From Octopus bimaculoides (Eukaryota), in the NCBI RefSeq assembly GCF_001194135.2, contig NC_068991.1, positions 64,362,716 through 64,406,681 of the forward strand: a DNA stretch of 43,966 nt, written 5' to 3'. The first letter of the stretch is position 1, and each line of letters begins with the position of its first letter. Of this stretch, positions 23,581-36,836 are shown one piece after another. Both the position numbers and the translations under genes were made by a program. A model generated the notes under the pieces. It saw only the letters and a list, made by a program, of their open reading frames with translations. It had not been told where the DNA came from and ran no database searches.

Positions 23581-23934
23581 NNNNNNNNNNNNNNNNNNNN
23601 NNNNNNNNNNNNNNNNNNNTATATATACATATATATACGTATATGTACATATATAGATATATATACATATATATACATGTATACATATATATACATATAT
23701 ATACGTACATATACATATATATACGTATATATATATGTATATATACATATATATATACATATATATATATACATATATTTACATATAACTACATATACAA
23801 ATATATACATATTTATATATACACAGACACACACATATATATACACATATATAATAATATAGATAATATGTAAATATATGCATATATCCATAAGTATATT
23901 TACATACATACATCTATATGTATACATACATGCA
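23480..23934. repeat. TA/TATG-rich low-complexity array including gap 23581-23619
   Basis: Direct reading. Confidence 0.92.
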
Positions 23935-24275
23935 TATATGGGTACAGGACATAACAAAAAAGGTTAAACACAATGACAAACGAAAACATAAAAACGAAAA
24001 CAGAAAACGAACTTTTTCCGAACAACTAAAAAAAACAAGCAGAGAAACGAGACATGCAACATAAAGAGTATACCCCTTCGTCAGTTGTCCCTGTTTCATC
24101 TACTCCGCGATGCGAAGGCAAGGACAATACGCGGCTTCGTTGAATGAGATTTTTCCGGGAGGGTGAAACTTTTACCGAGAAGAGGACAGTGAGAACAAGA
24201 CAGTAAAAACAAACGGTGAGGGCTGTTGAACCAAGAAGACAGAAAAATTATTATGAACGCTAGGTAGACGAGCCA
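23935..24275 (-). mobile_element. Diverged relative of the 2600-2875 element
   Basis: Shares terminal GTCCTGTACCCATATA and CTGACGAAGGGGTATACTCTTTATGTTGCATGTC; flanked by TA-rich arrays on both sides. Confidence 0.55.
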
Positions 24276-24708
24276 ATATATGTATATATACATATACGTA
24301 TATATACATATATACATATATATGCGTATGTATACTTATATATATATATGTATATATACTTATACATATATGTATATATGCATATATACATATATATATA
24401 CATATGTGTATATACATATATATACATATAAATATATATGTATATATACATATATACATATATATATATGTGTATATACATATATACATATATATATATA
24501 TGTGTATATACATATATATACATATATACATATGTGTATATACATATATATACATATATACATATGTGTATATACATATATATACATATATACATATATA
24601 TATATATACACATATATATACATATATACATATATATACATATATATACATATATACATATATATACATATATATGCATATATATGTGTACATAAACATA
24701 TATACATT
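24276..24708. repeat. Compound (TATACA/TA) microsatellite, ~430 bp
   Basis: Direct reading; explains the YI-repeat ORFs. Confidence 0.95.
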
Positions 24709-27076
24709 ATATGTTCACACATAATTATACTCTCGGAATGAAAAGTCCCAGGGGAATATAGACTCACCTCCTGGGAATTAAGAAAACCATAAAAAATGTA
24801 ATACTTCATAGCTGAATGGGAATCAAATGGTACGATGACGTCTTTGATTCTTTCGTGACAATCAGGCATTAAGAATGTGTCCATCTATCTATCTATTTAT
24901 CTATATCTTACACGCACGCGCATGCACACACACATTTGTATGTATGTATACGATCGATATGTATGTGTGTGTGTGCGTATATGTAAGTAAAGACTTATAC
25001 ATATATGTCTGTATGTGAAATAATTGTTCAAAGATCAATATAAAATATGTAGATTTATTCATATGAATATAGAAATAAAGCAGAATAGATAAGTAGAAAA
25101 TTATTATAAATACATATGCTTATATATATATACAAAAGCAGTCGCACATCTTCTCACTGATAAACCCACTCACACTTTGCTGTGCATAGACACACTCATC
25201 GTAGTTATATAATACACTATAGCCATTATAAAGATCAAAGTCTTCGCAATTTCTTATTCTCGTTCAGTTGCTTAAGAAATATGTTTTATGGTTATACTGC
25301 ATCCTGATTCTCAGGTAGAGATCTGATATTCCCCTGTGAATGTTGATTCGTGGTGTATAAATCTGTGTGAACCTCATGCAAGCTACCAGTGATAGGTAGT
25401 CGCACAGAGATACACATAAATCATTAACCCCCAGCCATATGCGTACATACGTATACCTATGTAATGCATAGTATGGAATTGCAAAAGAAGGTGCATACAT
25501 CTATCTCACTAGGTGGGATGTTGTAATTGCATACCAAATTTACTTGAAGAGGGAACGTGTTAATTTATCCATTCATTGATAAGAAACCCAGGTAACACAG
25601 AGGAGCACTTAAATGATATGCAAATATTCTATCACTAATTACTTTACCGATATGCAAATAAAACATCATTAACATTCTATTATGCAAATTACTCATTCTA
25701 TTGAAAATTACTCTTTAAAGAAATTTAAAAGAACTTCCTTTAATCAGTCAAAGACTTATTGTCGTTTGTTCTTTTCAAAATCCTTTATAGCGATTGATTA
25801 CTTTAAAATGGGTTTATGTAGAAAAGTGTGCAATGCGGCGGTAACATTTCAAAAGAGATAATATAGTACCAGCTTTCGAATCTGAGTAAGAATGTTCAAC
25901 TGTATTATTGTTTCAAGAAAATAAGTGATCGCCATGAAAGCTCTAATGTCTTACCCTTCTCTTCGACCGCGTTCAATTAAGCAAGTTTTATAGGCCAGCT
26001 GATTCATAAACCTCAGTTATCTTCACATTTTCCCTATAAGTTTTGAGTCGTGATATATAATTTTACGTAAAATCCAAGCTATCCTAAACTTATTACAATG
26101 TAGAAATTCTCAAGGCTTTACGGTTAAGCAATTACGCAAAACGATAACCAAATCTTATGTGCAGTGTTCGAAATGATTGTTAAATAGTGTGAAAGATGAT
26201 TCCTACGGATAAACGCATAAGGTTATGCTTGCCTCTTATGACAAATAACAAAGGTTAACTTGTTTTATTTCTATATAAACTTGTGAAAATGGTGCGATTT
26301 ATACCTGCCTGAATGTCTTCAGTTCAATGTCTGTTGTAAAAACGTAAAATAGGAAACAAAATGGGGTCTGATACGAATATTTGCAATATGACAGACTCCT
26401 ATAAAATTACTCCTCAAGCAAATTTTTGTGTTAGCACTGAATTTTAAACCTGTTACTATACGCTAAATTTATACTAAGAGAAAATGATGCAAAAATAAAT
26501 CGGGTTTATATTCTGTATTTTGTGACTAATATCCGTAAACCTCAGTTCTAATCTAATCCAAATGATCCTTTGGCTGCTATCATGATACAATTAGGACAGT
26601 ATTATATATGTTATGATGATACATTCTCTCTTCTTGTGCATGATAACTCACTTTAGTAACACATAAATTCGTCTCCGGCTAATAAATCAGAATTTATTAT
26701 ATCTTTGTGCTATAGAGAATTCAATAAACGCAACAGAGGAACTGAGCATGCTGCAGCGTAACATATGAATCGAGTTTAAGAATATATTCTAATAACCAAT
26801 TGAAACATTTTCTACACAAATCAAATACATTGAGAGATGCATGACTGTACAGCATAGGTTTCACTCTACTTTTAAATCCAGAGTTTGCATCCAGCCAACT
26901 ATATAAAAATACATATACTGTTTACAATGTTTTCAGTTGTTTGTTCGTTTCAAAAAAAAGGAAAATCTGTATATCTTCAATTGATGTCACATGCTGCATA
27001 ATACTAATTGACAAGTCTTATCTTTATCTTTATACATATAGAAATGTTATTCTTTTTATCGTTGTGGAGTTGCTTA

Positions 27077-27472
27077 TTTACTCTTTTACTCTTTTACTCG
27101 TTTCAGTTATTTGACTGTGGCCATGCTGGAGCTCCACCTTTAATCGAGCAAATCGACCCAGCACTTATTCTTTGTAAGCCTAGTACTTATTCTATCGGTC
27201 TCTTTTGCCGGACCGCTAAGTTGCGGGACGTAAACACACCAGCATCGGTTGTCAAGCGATGCTGGGGGGACAAACACAGACACACAAATATATACACGCA
27301 CACATATATATATATATACATATATACGACGGGCTTCTTTCAGTTTCCGTCTACCAAATCCACTCACAAGGCTTTGGTCGGCCCGAGGCTATAGTAGAAG
27401 ACACTTGCCCAAGTGGGACTGAACCCAGAACCGTGTGGTTCGTAAGCAAGCTACTTACCACACAGCCACTCC
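27077..27472 (-). mobile_element. SINE type B, near full length (best copy in window)
   Basis: A box TGGCTGTGTGG, B box GGTTCAGTCCC, core TTGGGCAAGTGTCTTCTACTATAGCCTCGGGCCGACCAAAGCC, internal TA/TG tract, (GAGTAAAA)n tail. Confidence 0.92.
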
Positions 27473-28065
27473 AACACCTATCAATATTTACAAATCAGTT
27501 TCTTGGAATATTTATCTTTGAGACTGAAATTCGTTTCTCCAACACTTGTTTGTCAAACCACATATATTACGACAACGTGACGTCGGCACAACATAGGCAG
27601 AAAGGTCTAGACGTACCTCACCAAAGTGAGCACAGCAAGAGTATCTAGACGTCATTATGAAATAAAATTAATGTGAAATTGCAGAGACTTAGACCGAATG
27701 AGAAAGAGAGAGAGGGAGACAATTGCTGATGGATAATTGAAATATAACGAACGCATCTCTCGTAATAGTGGTACTAAGTCCTTTGTAAGCTGTAGCCGCA
27801 AAAACAATAATAATAATTAAAATAGTTTAAAAATTTGCCACAGGGCCAAGTCAGCAAATTTTATATGGTGGGGGTTTAGTCTATGAGTTTCAAGGTTCAG
27901 AGAGGAAGTAGGTTAAAGATAAAATATACATCAAGAGGTGAGTTGTGTGCACGAAAATCAAAAAGCATTTCTTACTGCAGCTTAGTTTGAAATTATTTGA
28001 GGCACAATTTGTTTAATCTTACCTTTTGTTATTAATAGCTGCAACATTGGTTTTAAATTTTGAAA

Positions 28066-28164
28066 GAGACGACATCGGCGGAATTTGAACACAGAAAGTA
28101 AAGCCGGAAGAAATGGCACTAAGTTTTATGCTCGGCATGCGAACGATTCTGCCAGCTCGCTGCC
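28066..28164 (-). mobile_element. SINE type A, 5' fragment
   Basis: GGCAGCGAGCTGGCAGAATCGTT head and GTTCAAATTCCGCCGATGTCG. Confidence 0.8.
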
Positions 28165-28386
28165 TTATTAATATCTGGAGTATTAACACGATGCTGGTAG
28201 TGTACTGCAGTAATAAGCGGGGAAAGTGAAACTAGGTTATGAGTTGGGTTATGATTTGGTCAATAATTTAAGTGTACACTCCCTTCAGGTGATTGTTATG
28301 CATACATATATGAAGAAATGCATGCATGTACATACACGATCGCTCACACATCAATGAACGTCTGTATGCATGGCATATCTATATAT

Positions 28387-28550
28387 AGGCATAGGCGCGA
28401 CTATTTGGTAAGAAGCTTGCTTCCAAACCACTTAGTTTCGGTTTCAGTCCCACTACTTGGGCAAGTGTCTTCTACTATAGCCTCGGGCCGAATAAAGCAA
28501 GCTTTGTTAGTGAATTTGGTGGACGAAAACTGGAAGAAACCCGCCGTGTA
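28387..28550 (+). mobile_element. SINE type B, 5' part running into (TA)n and gap 28587-~29547
   Basis: TTGGTAAGAAGCTTGCTTCC..TTCAGTCCCAC..TTGGGCAAGTGTCTTCTACTATAGCCTCGGGCCG..GAAACCCGCCG. Confidence 0.88.
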
Positions 28551-28552
28551 TA

Positions 28553-28586
<34 letters not shown>

Positions 28587-30025
28587 NNNNNNNNNNNNNN
28601 NNNNNNNNNNNNNNNNNNNNNNNNNNNNNNNNNNNNNNNNNNNNNNNNNNNNNNNNNNNNNNNNNNNNNNNNNNNNNNNNNNNNNNNNNNNNNNNNNNNN
28701 NNNNNNNNNNNNNNNNNNNNNNNNNNNNNNNNNNNNNNNNNNNNNNNNNNNNNNNNNNNNNNNNNNNNNNNNNNNNNNNNNNNNNNNNNNNNNNNNNNNN
28801 NNNNNNNNNNNNNNNNNNNNNNNNNNNNNNNNNNNNNNNNNNNNNNNNNNNNNNNNNNNNNNNNNNNNNNNNNNNNNNNNNNNNNNNNNNNNNNNNNNNN
28901 NNNNNNNNNNNNNNNNNNNNNNNNNNNNNNNNNNNNNNNNNNNNNNNNNNNNNNNNNNNNNNNNNNNNNNNNNNNNNNNNNNNNNNNNNNNNNNNNNNNN
29001 NNNNNNNNNNNNNNNNNNNNNNNNNNNNNNNNNNNNNNNNNNNNNNNNNNNNNNNNNNNNNNNNNNNNNNNNNNNNNNNNNNNNNNNNNNNNNNNNNNNN
29101 NNNNNNNNNNNNNNNNNNNNNNNNNNNNNNNNNNNNNNNNNNNNNNNNNNNNNNNNNNNNNNNNNNNNNNNNNNNNNNNNNNNNNNNNNNNNNNNNNNNN
29201 NNNNNNNNNNNNNNNNNNNNNNNNNNNNNNNNNNNNNNNNNNNNNNNNNNNNNNNNNNNNNNNNNNNNNNNNNNNNNNNNNNNNNNNNNNNNNNNNNNNN
29301 NNNNNNNNNNNNNNNNNNNNNNNNNNNNNNNNNNNNNNNNNNNNNNNNNNNNNNNNNNNNNNNNNNNNNNNNNNNNNNNNNNNNNNNNNNNNNNNNNNNN
29401 NNNNNNNNNNNNNNNNNNNNNNNNNNNNNNNNNNNNNNNNNNNNNNNNNNNNNNNNNNNNNNNNNNNNNNNNNNNNNNNNNNNNNNNNNNNNNNNNNNNN
29501 NNNNNNNNNNNNNNNNNNNNNNNNNNNNNNNNNNNNNNNNNNNNNNNACCTCACTAAATAAAAAGAAAACTGAAAAGGAATCTGTATTAAAAATAGATAC
29601 GGAAAACTTACATTTTCTCATGTTTTACGCTCGCCCTATTTTTAAGCCGTTTCTTTTGGGTTTGTTTGTTTGTTTGTTTTTCAGAGTTGGCAATGAAATC
29701 GGTTTCGTACTTGTTTGTGCTCGATTTTGCGGAAAGAAAATAAATCTAGAAAAGTTAAGTGATAATATTGTTGTTTACCGATTGGCAGGTGTATTCTTTA
29801 CTTGTTTTCAGATTTTCCCGAGAGAGGTTTGTAATAAGTTCAGTACTGGGAAGCCTTGCATTAGTATACAGTTATTAGAACCGGATCAGACAACGGATGC
29901 TTTAATCATAAATGGTACACTACACCTTGCTACGAATAGACAGAGATGGTAGAAAGCAATTACGGCCTAAATTGCCACTGGCAAAACTTAAGTGAAATTG
30001 TTTTTGCAATTGTTTCAAGCATATG

Positions 30026-30057
<32 letters not shown>

Positions 30058-30559
30058 AACTTCAATTTCACGCTCATAGATTCTTCTATGTATTTGACCA
30101 GAATTAGCAATGAATGCATTTATTCAGTTAGATGCACTGCTGCAATGCGGGATCATAATGGTTGGCATTGTATAAAGACGTGTTGTTGAAGGTGGCCAAT
30201 ACAAATGTAACATTTAATGCACGATTCTTCTTTTGAATGGAGAATATTCCTCAGCTTGCTTTCACTCTTTTACCTTCAATTGGTTAACAAGACAACCCTT
30301 AGATATAGAAATTCGGTTATAGGTGGAACATGTTAAGTGTTTATTGATGTTTCTAGTGCGTCCTTTCTATATTATTTTAATGTTGTGTGTTTATGCTATT
30401 TCCTTCAGAAGACACGGACGCTTCAACATATATTCCTTCCATGATGGTCTTCAAACTGCTATAACGTTTCAGTTTTTCATAAGCATATTACCTTCTTTCA
30501 GATCAGATTTAAAATTGTGTATATATTTTATGATTGATTTGGAAGGAGGTCATATTCTA

Positions 30560-31075
30560 TATAGTTCTCCATAGAAATGCTACAGGACCATCTGCATCTT
30601 TGTGTCTTTCCTGGGTTTAGGAAGGAAAAAAACTTATGCTCTGCGTGTGATGTATGGCAGAAAGCTGAGTCTGTATACGCGATGCATCAAGGACCGCTTC
30701 CATGCTTTGTGTTCGAACATGGTCGAAAGTCAAAGAACCTGAGACATCAAAAACAATTACAGGGTATAGACAATAGAAGCTTCAAGAAAACTGGGCATCA
30801 ACGATCGCAGCACCAGAAACGATGGCAAAGATTATGCTATTCATATCCACAAAATCCGACGAACAGCAAAATGACCAAGAAAGGGAGGACCTGGAAGCAA
30901 AGATCCCTACACCCCAAAAATACGATGAACTTGCAAAACAATGTGGATAAGCTATAACAAGAGACAAGTTGCAAGCTGTTGGGAACGACTGAAAAATTAG
31001 TAAAAATGAGAAGCAAAGAACCCACCCAAGCTCGAAGGAATAAACTACATGCATTCACTTAAATTTGACGTAATG
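30560..31075 (+). other. Unassigned coding-like relic with stops
   Basis: GC-richer than flanks; hydrophilic frame ...KLQENWASTIAAPETMAKIMLFISTKSDEQQNDQEREDLEAKIPTPQKYDELAKQCG*... with scattered stops. No family recognised. Confidence 0.3.
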
Positions 31076-31511
31076 CTGAAGGAAAACAGTTGCCTATAGA
31101 GTCTATTGTCAAACAATAATAGTCTCTTCATCAGATGTGAGATTTTGTCAGACACCCTAAATGAGAGACTTTGATGAGGATTACCTAAGAGTTCAATGAA
31201 TAACTGCGCAACTGCTCTAAATGATGTAACAATTTACACGATTCGATTATCTCCAAGAATACTCATTGGAAGTTTGAGTGCAAATTTTAGAAAAAAACTC
31301 GTTGAGTAAAGTTGATGTCGCTTCAATACGAGCATACAAATGTCGATACTTCTATGCGTGTATATATGCGTGTATATATGTATAATTCAATACGCCCAAT
31401 CGCTATATCATCGTATAAATTCGCACCAAGTTTGAAATTTCATTCACACACACACATGTACGGATGTATGCATGCATGCATAGTATTGTATTATTAGCAG
31501 AATCCTTAGGG

Positions 31512-31695
31512 TGTCAGCAAAATAGCGGTATTTCTTCCGGTTCATTTCGCTCTGAGTTCAAATAATGCCTAGATCAAATTTGCCTTTCATCCTTTTGGAG
31601 TTGATAAAAATATAGTATTAGTCACATGCTGGGACCAATGTAATCGACTAATCCTTCCCACCTCTGATCTTTTGCTAATATATGAAATAATTATT
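31512..31695 (+). mobile_element. SINE type A, degraded
   Basis: CTGAGTTCAAAT..TTTGCCTTTCATCCTTTTGGAGTTGATAAA..TGTAATCGACT. Confidence 0.75.
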
Positions 31696-34600
31696 GTATA
31701 TCAAACTACCAACGCGTTAACAACGTTTTGTTTATATACTCTAACGTACTACAAAATATGAGTAGGGTTTTAGCTTATACTGTATATAGATACAGATATA
31801 AATATAATACACACATACATTCTATCGTGTGTGTGTGCACGAATGTGTATCTGAACGAATCTCATGCAAGTTTATATAGTTGAAATCAATATTGCTGTTC
31901 TTAGTATATGTTACAAAATGCACTTCTTTCCAATCCCTGCGGAGATTGACATTGCGCTATTGCTAGTAACATAGCAAAGCACATCTCAAAGGAGCATATT
32001 TGAATAAAATGCTTACAGCATATTAATCACGTGATTATGAATCAGCTTTCTGCAGTACTAGTAAATGTCATTTACCACATTTTGCTAACTGATCTCGACA
32101 CGAACTAGGTTATAAAAAACAACCCTTAAAACTGTAATGATGTAAATAATCTTGGCTATGAATACCAAAGTCTCTTTTCTAAAACTTATTCTCCAATTGT
32201 ATCCAGTGGCCAAATGACTGCTGCTCTTGGTATTGTAATCATTTTGTCTTTAAAGGAAAACAGTAATATTTGTATTCCCTTTCAAAGGCAATAAGGATTT
32301 GCCTCCTCCGGCTAATTCAAATGACATTCAGTTTACTTTATTTGGTTGGACAAATATATTTGGTCGGCTTGCTTATATATCTGAATCAATAGATGCAAAT
32401 GTTCCCTATCACTGTGAAAGGTGAGCAGATGTTGCACTATACCTGCACTAATATAACACGAGCATATGATACCAAAACAATTTAACCACATTGTTTCGTT
32501 ACATGTGGTGTGCAGTTGTTATGTGGCTCTATCACAATTTAATTCAGAGTTATGACAGTGTTTCCCATTTAACACATTATTATTATTACAATTTCTCGAG
32601 ATGTTTATTATTTCAGAAATGCTGGTCAGATTTGTTGTCAAAAGTGCCACGTTAACATAAACGTCATTAAAAATATACACCAAGGCTGAAACTCATCATC
32701 TCAGCCAAGCACTGAGCTTTCATTATCATTTCAATAACATTGTCGTAACATGCTTTCTTCTCTGTATTACGAAGTAGTTAATTAGATAAATTCTTCTCAC
32801 CTGTCAAACCAAATCCAATTTAAGAAGCAACTATTACATTGCATCATTTATTTCTTTGACAACACACGCAAAACAAGTATCCGTTCTCAAGATGAAATTT
32901 AATTTTGATAACCGGATATATTCCTATATTCAAAATGGATAGAATTAACGTTTAGCAAATCTATTTTAAATCTTATTTTAGATTATTTATATATAGCTCG
33001 CGGTAGGATTGCAGTTCAGATTTCAATGGTTCAAAATATAATTGGTGAATAACCATTTATTGCTTCTAATAAATACAAACTTATTTATCTCCATACGGCA
33101 GAAAACCCGTTTAAATATGCAAGGATACATATATTGTAAAAGCTTGTTTATTCAGGTACTTCCCAAATTCTTCAGTTGCATTCTGTCGTCTTCTTTTGAC
33201 AATGGCACAAATATATTGAGGATTATAAATATATTTAAATAACTCGCTATTATTTATTCTAAAATATCAGGAATATGAACAAAAATAAGTCAGAACAGAG
33301 AACAGGACCCAACTTACTGCCTAAAAATGACTCAAAAGCTTCTTTCTCTGATGTACTGGCTAGGCTTACTTTGAGTTAATATTTTATATAAATATTCCCC
33401 ATGGAGTGTTTTTTCCATAGTTCTGCAGAGATAAATCACACGAGACAGCAAGATTGAGGCTGATATACAAGTTAGTTCTTGAAATTTACATCTTCGTGCC
33501 ATCGTATCATTTAACGTGTAGAGAAAGGCGAGAGATATTATGCTGATGTTAATGATCTTTTCTACAAACGTATCCATCAACTCACCTTTACTTACAGGAG
33601 CCTCAGATTTTATCGGTGGGAAACAGGTAAATTTTTATAACAGCTTAGTCCGACAGCGTCATAAGGAAATTGAAGCAGTTGTTATATTTGAATTGAAACC
33701 CCGTTGTGGAATTAATTTTTATTCTGCGTATTTAATTTTTCTCAGTAACGTAGAACAAGATGCGATCATCCAGAATATTGAACCCACGACACGATTTCGA
33801 CTTCCAATTCACGTCAGGTTGCTTGCTAAATCTATAAACTCATTGTTATGTAAAAGGTATGAACATTCTATATATACATGTTATTTTCGAAGATTCGAAA
33901 CTTTCGATGTAAAACTATAAACTGAAAACCTAGAATAAAACTAATAACTTCAATATTTCTAGGCCATGGTTTCACACACAAATACAAATCTACAACAAAA
34001 GACCGAATATCTTTGTTTCGATCAAGAGACACCTCCAGCAAACTTCAGAAGAAAGAGAAATTATCTTTCCTTATTAAAGGAAAGTTTTCATTTCCCTTTT
34101 TGTTCGGTTACGAAAGCCGTAGTGAGGTAAATTATTTCTGGAAATTGGAAAACAATTTCCCATTTGTTCGTAAGTAGAAATATAAATTGGTTAAACCATT
34201 TCTTCTAATGAAGAAAATAGTATTTATCAGTTTGGAACGGAAAGACCGTTTAAATATGCAAGGACGATTAGATTATAAAAATCTAATAGTCGGTGATAAA
34301 ATTCTTTTTGCGAACAAGACCTCAGGTATTTATTTTCGATCGGAACGTTAGATAAGTGTGGCAAAGTCAACTACTACTACTATTAATACTTCTGTATCTA
34401 CAACAAATAATTCAATTTCTTGTTACGTTTTGGGAGATGGTGTTCGTTTACAGTCATGTCGGCAAAGGGGTGTTATTTAAATCTTGATCAGACTAACATG
34501 ATGTTCAGAAACAGTTCTTCACATTTTAACTTTTGTCAAACATAAATGTTTGAACAACTGAAATAGCTTGTATGTGTTTGTTCCATTATGTTCGTGTATG

Positions 34601-35499
34601 AATGTGTGTGTGTGTTTTCTGTTACGTTGCTAGTCGTAAGGACACAAATGTAATATATCAATAGAAATTCAACTACGAGAAACACGTCGCTTTCGATCAT
34701 TGTACTCGTATGATGTTACGTACTCAGCAAGTTAGTGACGCTTGCAATGAGCTGTACAAAGTCTGCTACTAGGGTAGAGTGTGGTGGAATGGTTTATTTG
34801 AAAATGAAATACTTTGGCCTTAAATCCAGTATAGCGCACTGAAGATATATGAACCAGTAGTTTAGCAAACAGTGGGTATGTGTGTGCTAAAATACTGCTA
34901 ATATTAGTACAATTATGAAACATCTCTTTTTCCCATAATAAATATTAATCTCTTCTTCTGGCAAATCGCACTAGAAATTGGGATGACAAATACAGGGGAT
35001 AAAGTTAAAATTTTAAAAATCCAATCGTGGGATTTACCTATAATTTAAACGGTTCAGCCTTGTCATACTGTATAACACTTATTCCACCTGGGAAATTACA
35101 TTAAAGGAACACGTGCCCGTGGAATGTCCGGCCACTGACTCATTACTTCAAATGATTCGGTTGTTCCGTTGGTCCAACAACTGAATATTCACTGTCGAAA
35201 TCGACGGAGGTTCATTTTCTTAAAAAAGAGCTTGCGGAGAAGGAAGCTAGAACATAGAAGGATCCATGATTTACTCGGGTTCTGCAGAATTTCTCTCTCA
35301 AATGCAATTCTCTTTTATTATATTTCCGACATTAGCACAAAGCCAGTAACTGGCGCAAAATTTCTCGACTTTTGTAGAATACAAGACTATCAAAAGCTCC
35401 ACGGATTCAAAGTGAAAACATAAAATGTTCAAATATATAAGACGAAATTCAAGCGAATCTATCACTGTTTACTTTTCGCTCTGAGAATACTGATTTCTG

Positions 35500-35660
35500 T
35501 CCTTGGAACAAAGCCACAAGTTCGACCTGATTGTATAGTCGATTAAATCGTCCCCAGTATTTAATTAGTTCTTTAGTCTATCATCTCTTGAGGTATGGGC
35601 GAAAACAGTGTTGACTTCGGCATAAATTGAGCTCGGAACATCAAAGGCCGTAAGTAAATC
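35500..35660 (-). mobile_element. SINE type A, highly degraded
   Basis: GTCGATTAAATCG.CCCCAGT and GTTGACTTCGGC..AATTGAGCTC remnants. Confidence 0.5.
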
Positions 35661-36240
35661 CGTGTCTCTATTGATTGAACCGTTGCTGTTTCTTTCTCTT
35701 TGATAATAGAAAGACGTGTAAATATAACACACAAATTGAAGCAAAGAGCCGAGAGATACATGTGTATTTAATTTCTTCTTAATTTCGTGGGGGTCTAGTA
35801 TAATGAATATTATATATTTGAAATGAATTAATTTAGTCTTCTGCCAAATTTTTATGAAGAAATGTGTCGAAGGAAATCAATAAATGAAATTCCCAGATGA
35901 GAACAATTATCACTTCAATATTTCTCTTTTGAGAAGATTCTGTCACACTGTGGGAAAACTATAACTGTTCATCAAATTTTTATTCTGATTACCAGCTTTC
36001 ACGTACTCTCGTAAATCAGTAGTTATAGCTTTAATATATTAATTCCATATGAGCTTACTGACCAGTCACTGAGGCACAGTCTGGTTTTTAATCTCAGAAT
36101 ACAAAAATCAGAATCTAAACAGAGGTCAAGAGTTTATCTCTACTCTAACAGAATCATTTAAAAGAACAATAATAATCTCAAAAATGTTATCAAATATATC
36201 GGAATAATAATAATAATTTATGTAAATTAATTAAATAGAC

Positions 36241-36836
36241 GGATCTTTTTTAAAACGGGGGCCACATTTTTCATTAACGAAACACTTTGAAACTTGGATC
36301 ACTGGTAGAATGTGTCATATAAAACATCTTTTTCTCTTAGTCTTCTTAAAAAAAAAAGAAATCCATAAATTATTCCATGTTAAAGTTGTCGTATTTCTGT
36401 AATTTCAACCAATCACTGACGTCCATTCAGCCGATATACATTAAGTGCCGACTACATAAACAAACGATTCTGAAACAATTAACCCTAACCCTAACCCTAA
36501 CTCTAACCCTAACCCTAACCCTAGGGTTAGAGTTAGGGTTAGGGTTAGGGTTAGGGTTAGGGTTAAAGCAAATTTAAAATGAAAAAAGCAAATAAAACGA
36601 AGAATCGTTTGTTTATGTAGTCGGCACTTAATGTATATCGGCTGAATGGACGTCAGTGATTGGTTGAAATTATCGAAATAAGACAATTTTTTACATGAAA
36701 TAAATTCGAATACAAAAATATTTTTCTGTTCTATAACACAAAATAGATAAGTATACGAAGTTTGAAAGTCTTTCGGTACCAAAAGCACTACGTAAAACAT
36801 TAATGAAAAATGTGGCCCCCGTTTTAAAAAAGATCC
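36241..36836. mobile_element. Non-autonomous foldback (MITE-like) DNA transposon with central telomeric-repeat palindrome
   Basis: Perfect 37-bp TIRs (36241-36277, 36800-36836), TSD AATAGAC (36234-36240, 36837-36843), perfect 71-bp inner IR (36401-36471, 36601-36671). Confidence 0.92.
36479..36566. repeat. Palindromic telomere-type repeat (TAACCC)7-TA-(GGGTTA)7
   Basis: 7 units per side, centred on CCCTAGGG; one TAACTC/GAGTTA variant per arm. Confidence 0.97.

Noticed and set aside
24060-24140. CTGACGA-containing hammerhead in the 23.9-kb element
   Set aside because: GAAA and stems cannot be placed in a valid topology.
1976-29952. Long ORFs made of RE/SL/YI/CV/HT/X runs, including the 544-aa ORF 28318-29952
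   Set aside because: Translations of microsatellites and N gaps, not genes.
31095-31135. CTGATGA plus hairpin on the minus strand as a hammerhead
   Set aside because: No GAAA box after the hairpin.
33540-33920. 126-aa ORF and small AG..GT-bounded segments
   Set aside because: No recognisable domain; splice-like signals on both strands are consistent with chance in AT-rich DNA.
34760-34800. IPPHSTLV peptide on the minus strand resembling the FKBP C-terminus
   Set aside because: Stop codon just upstream, no acceptor, and the following residues do not match.
36479-36566. Chromosome end-to-end fusion scar
   Set aside because: A fusion gives (TTAGGG)n-(CCCTAA)n. Here the polarity is opposite and the array sits inside TIRs with a TSD.
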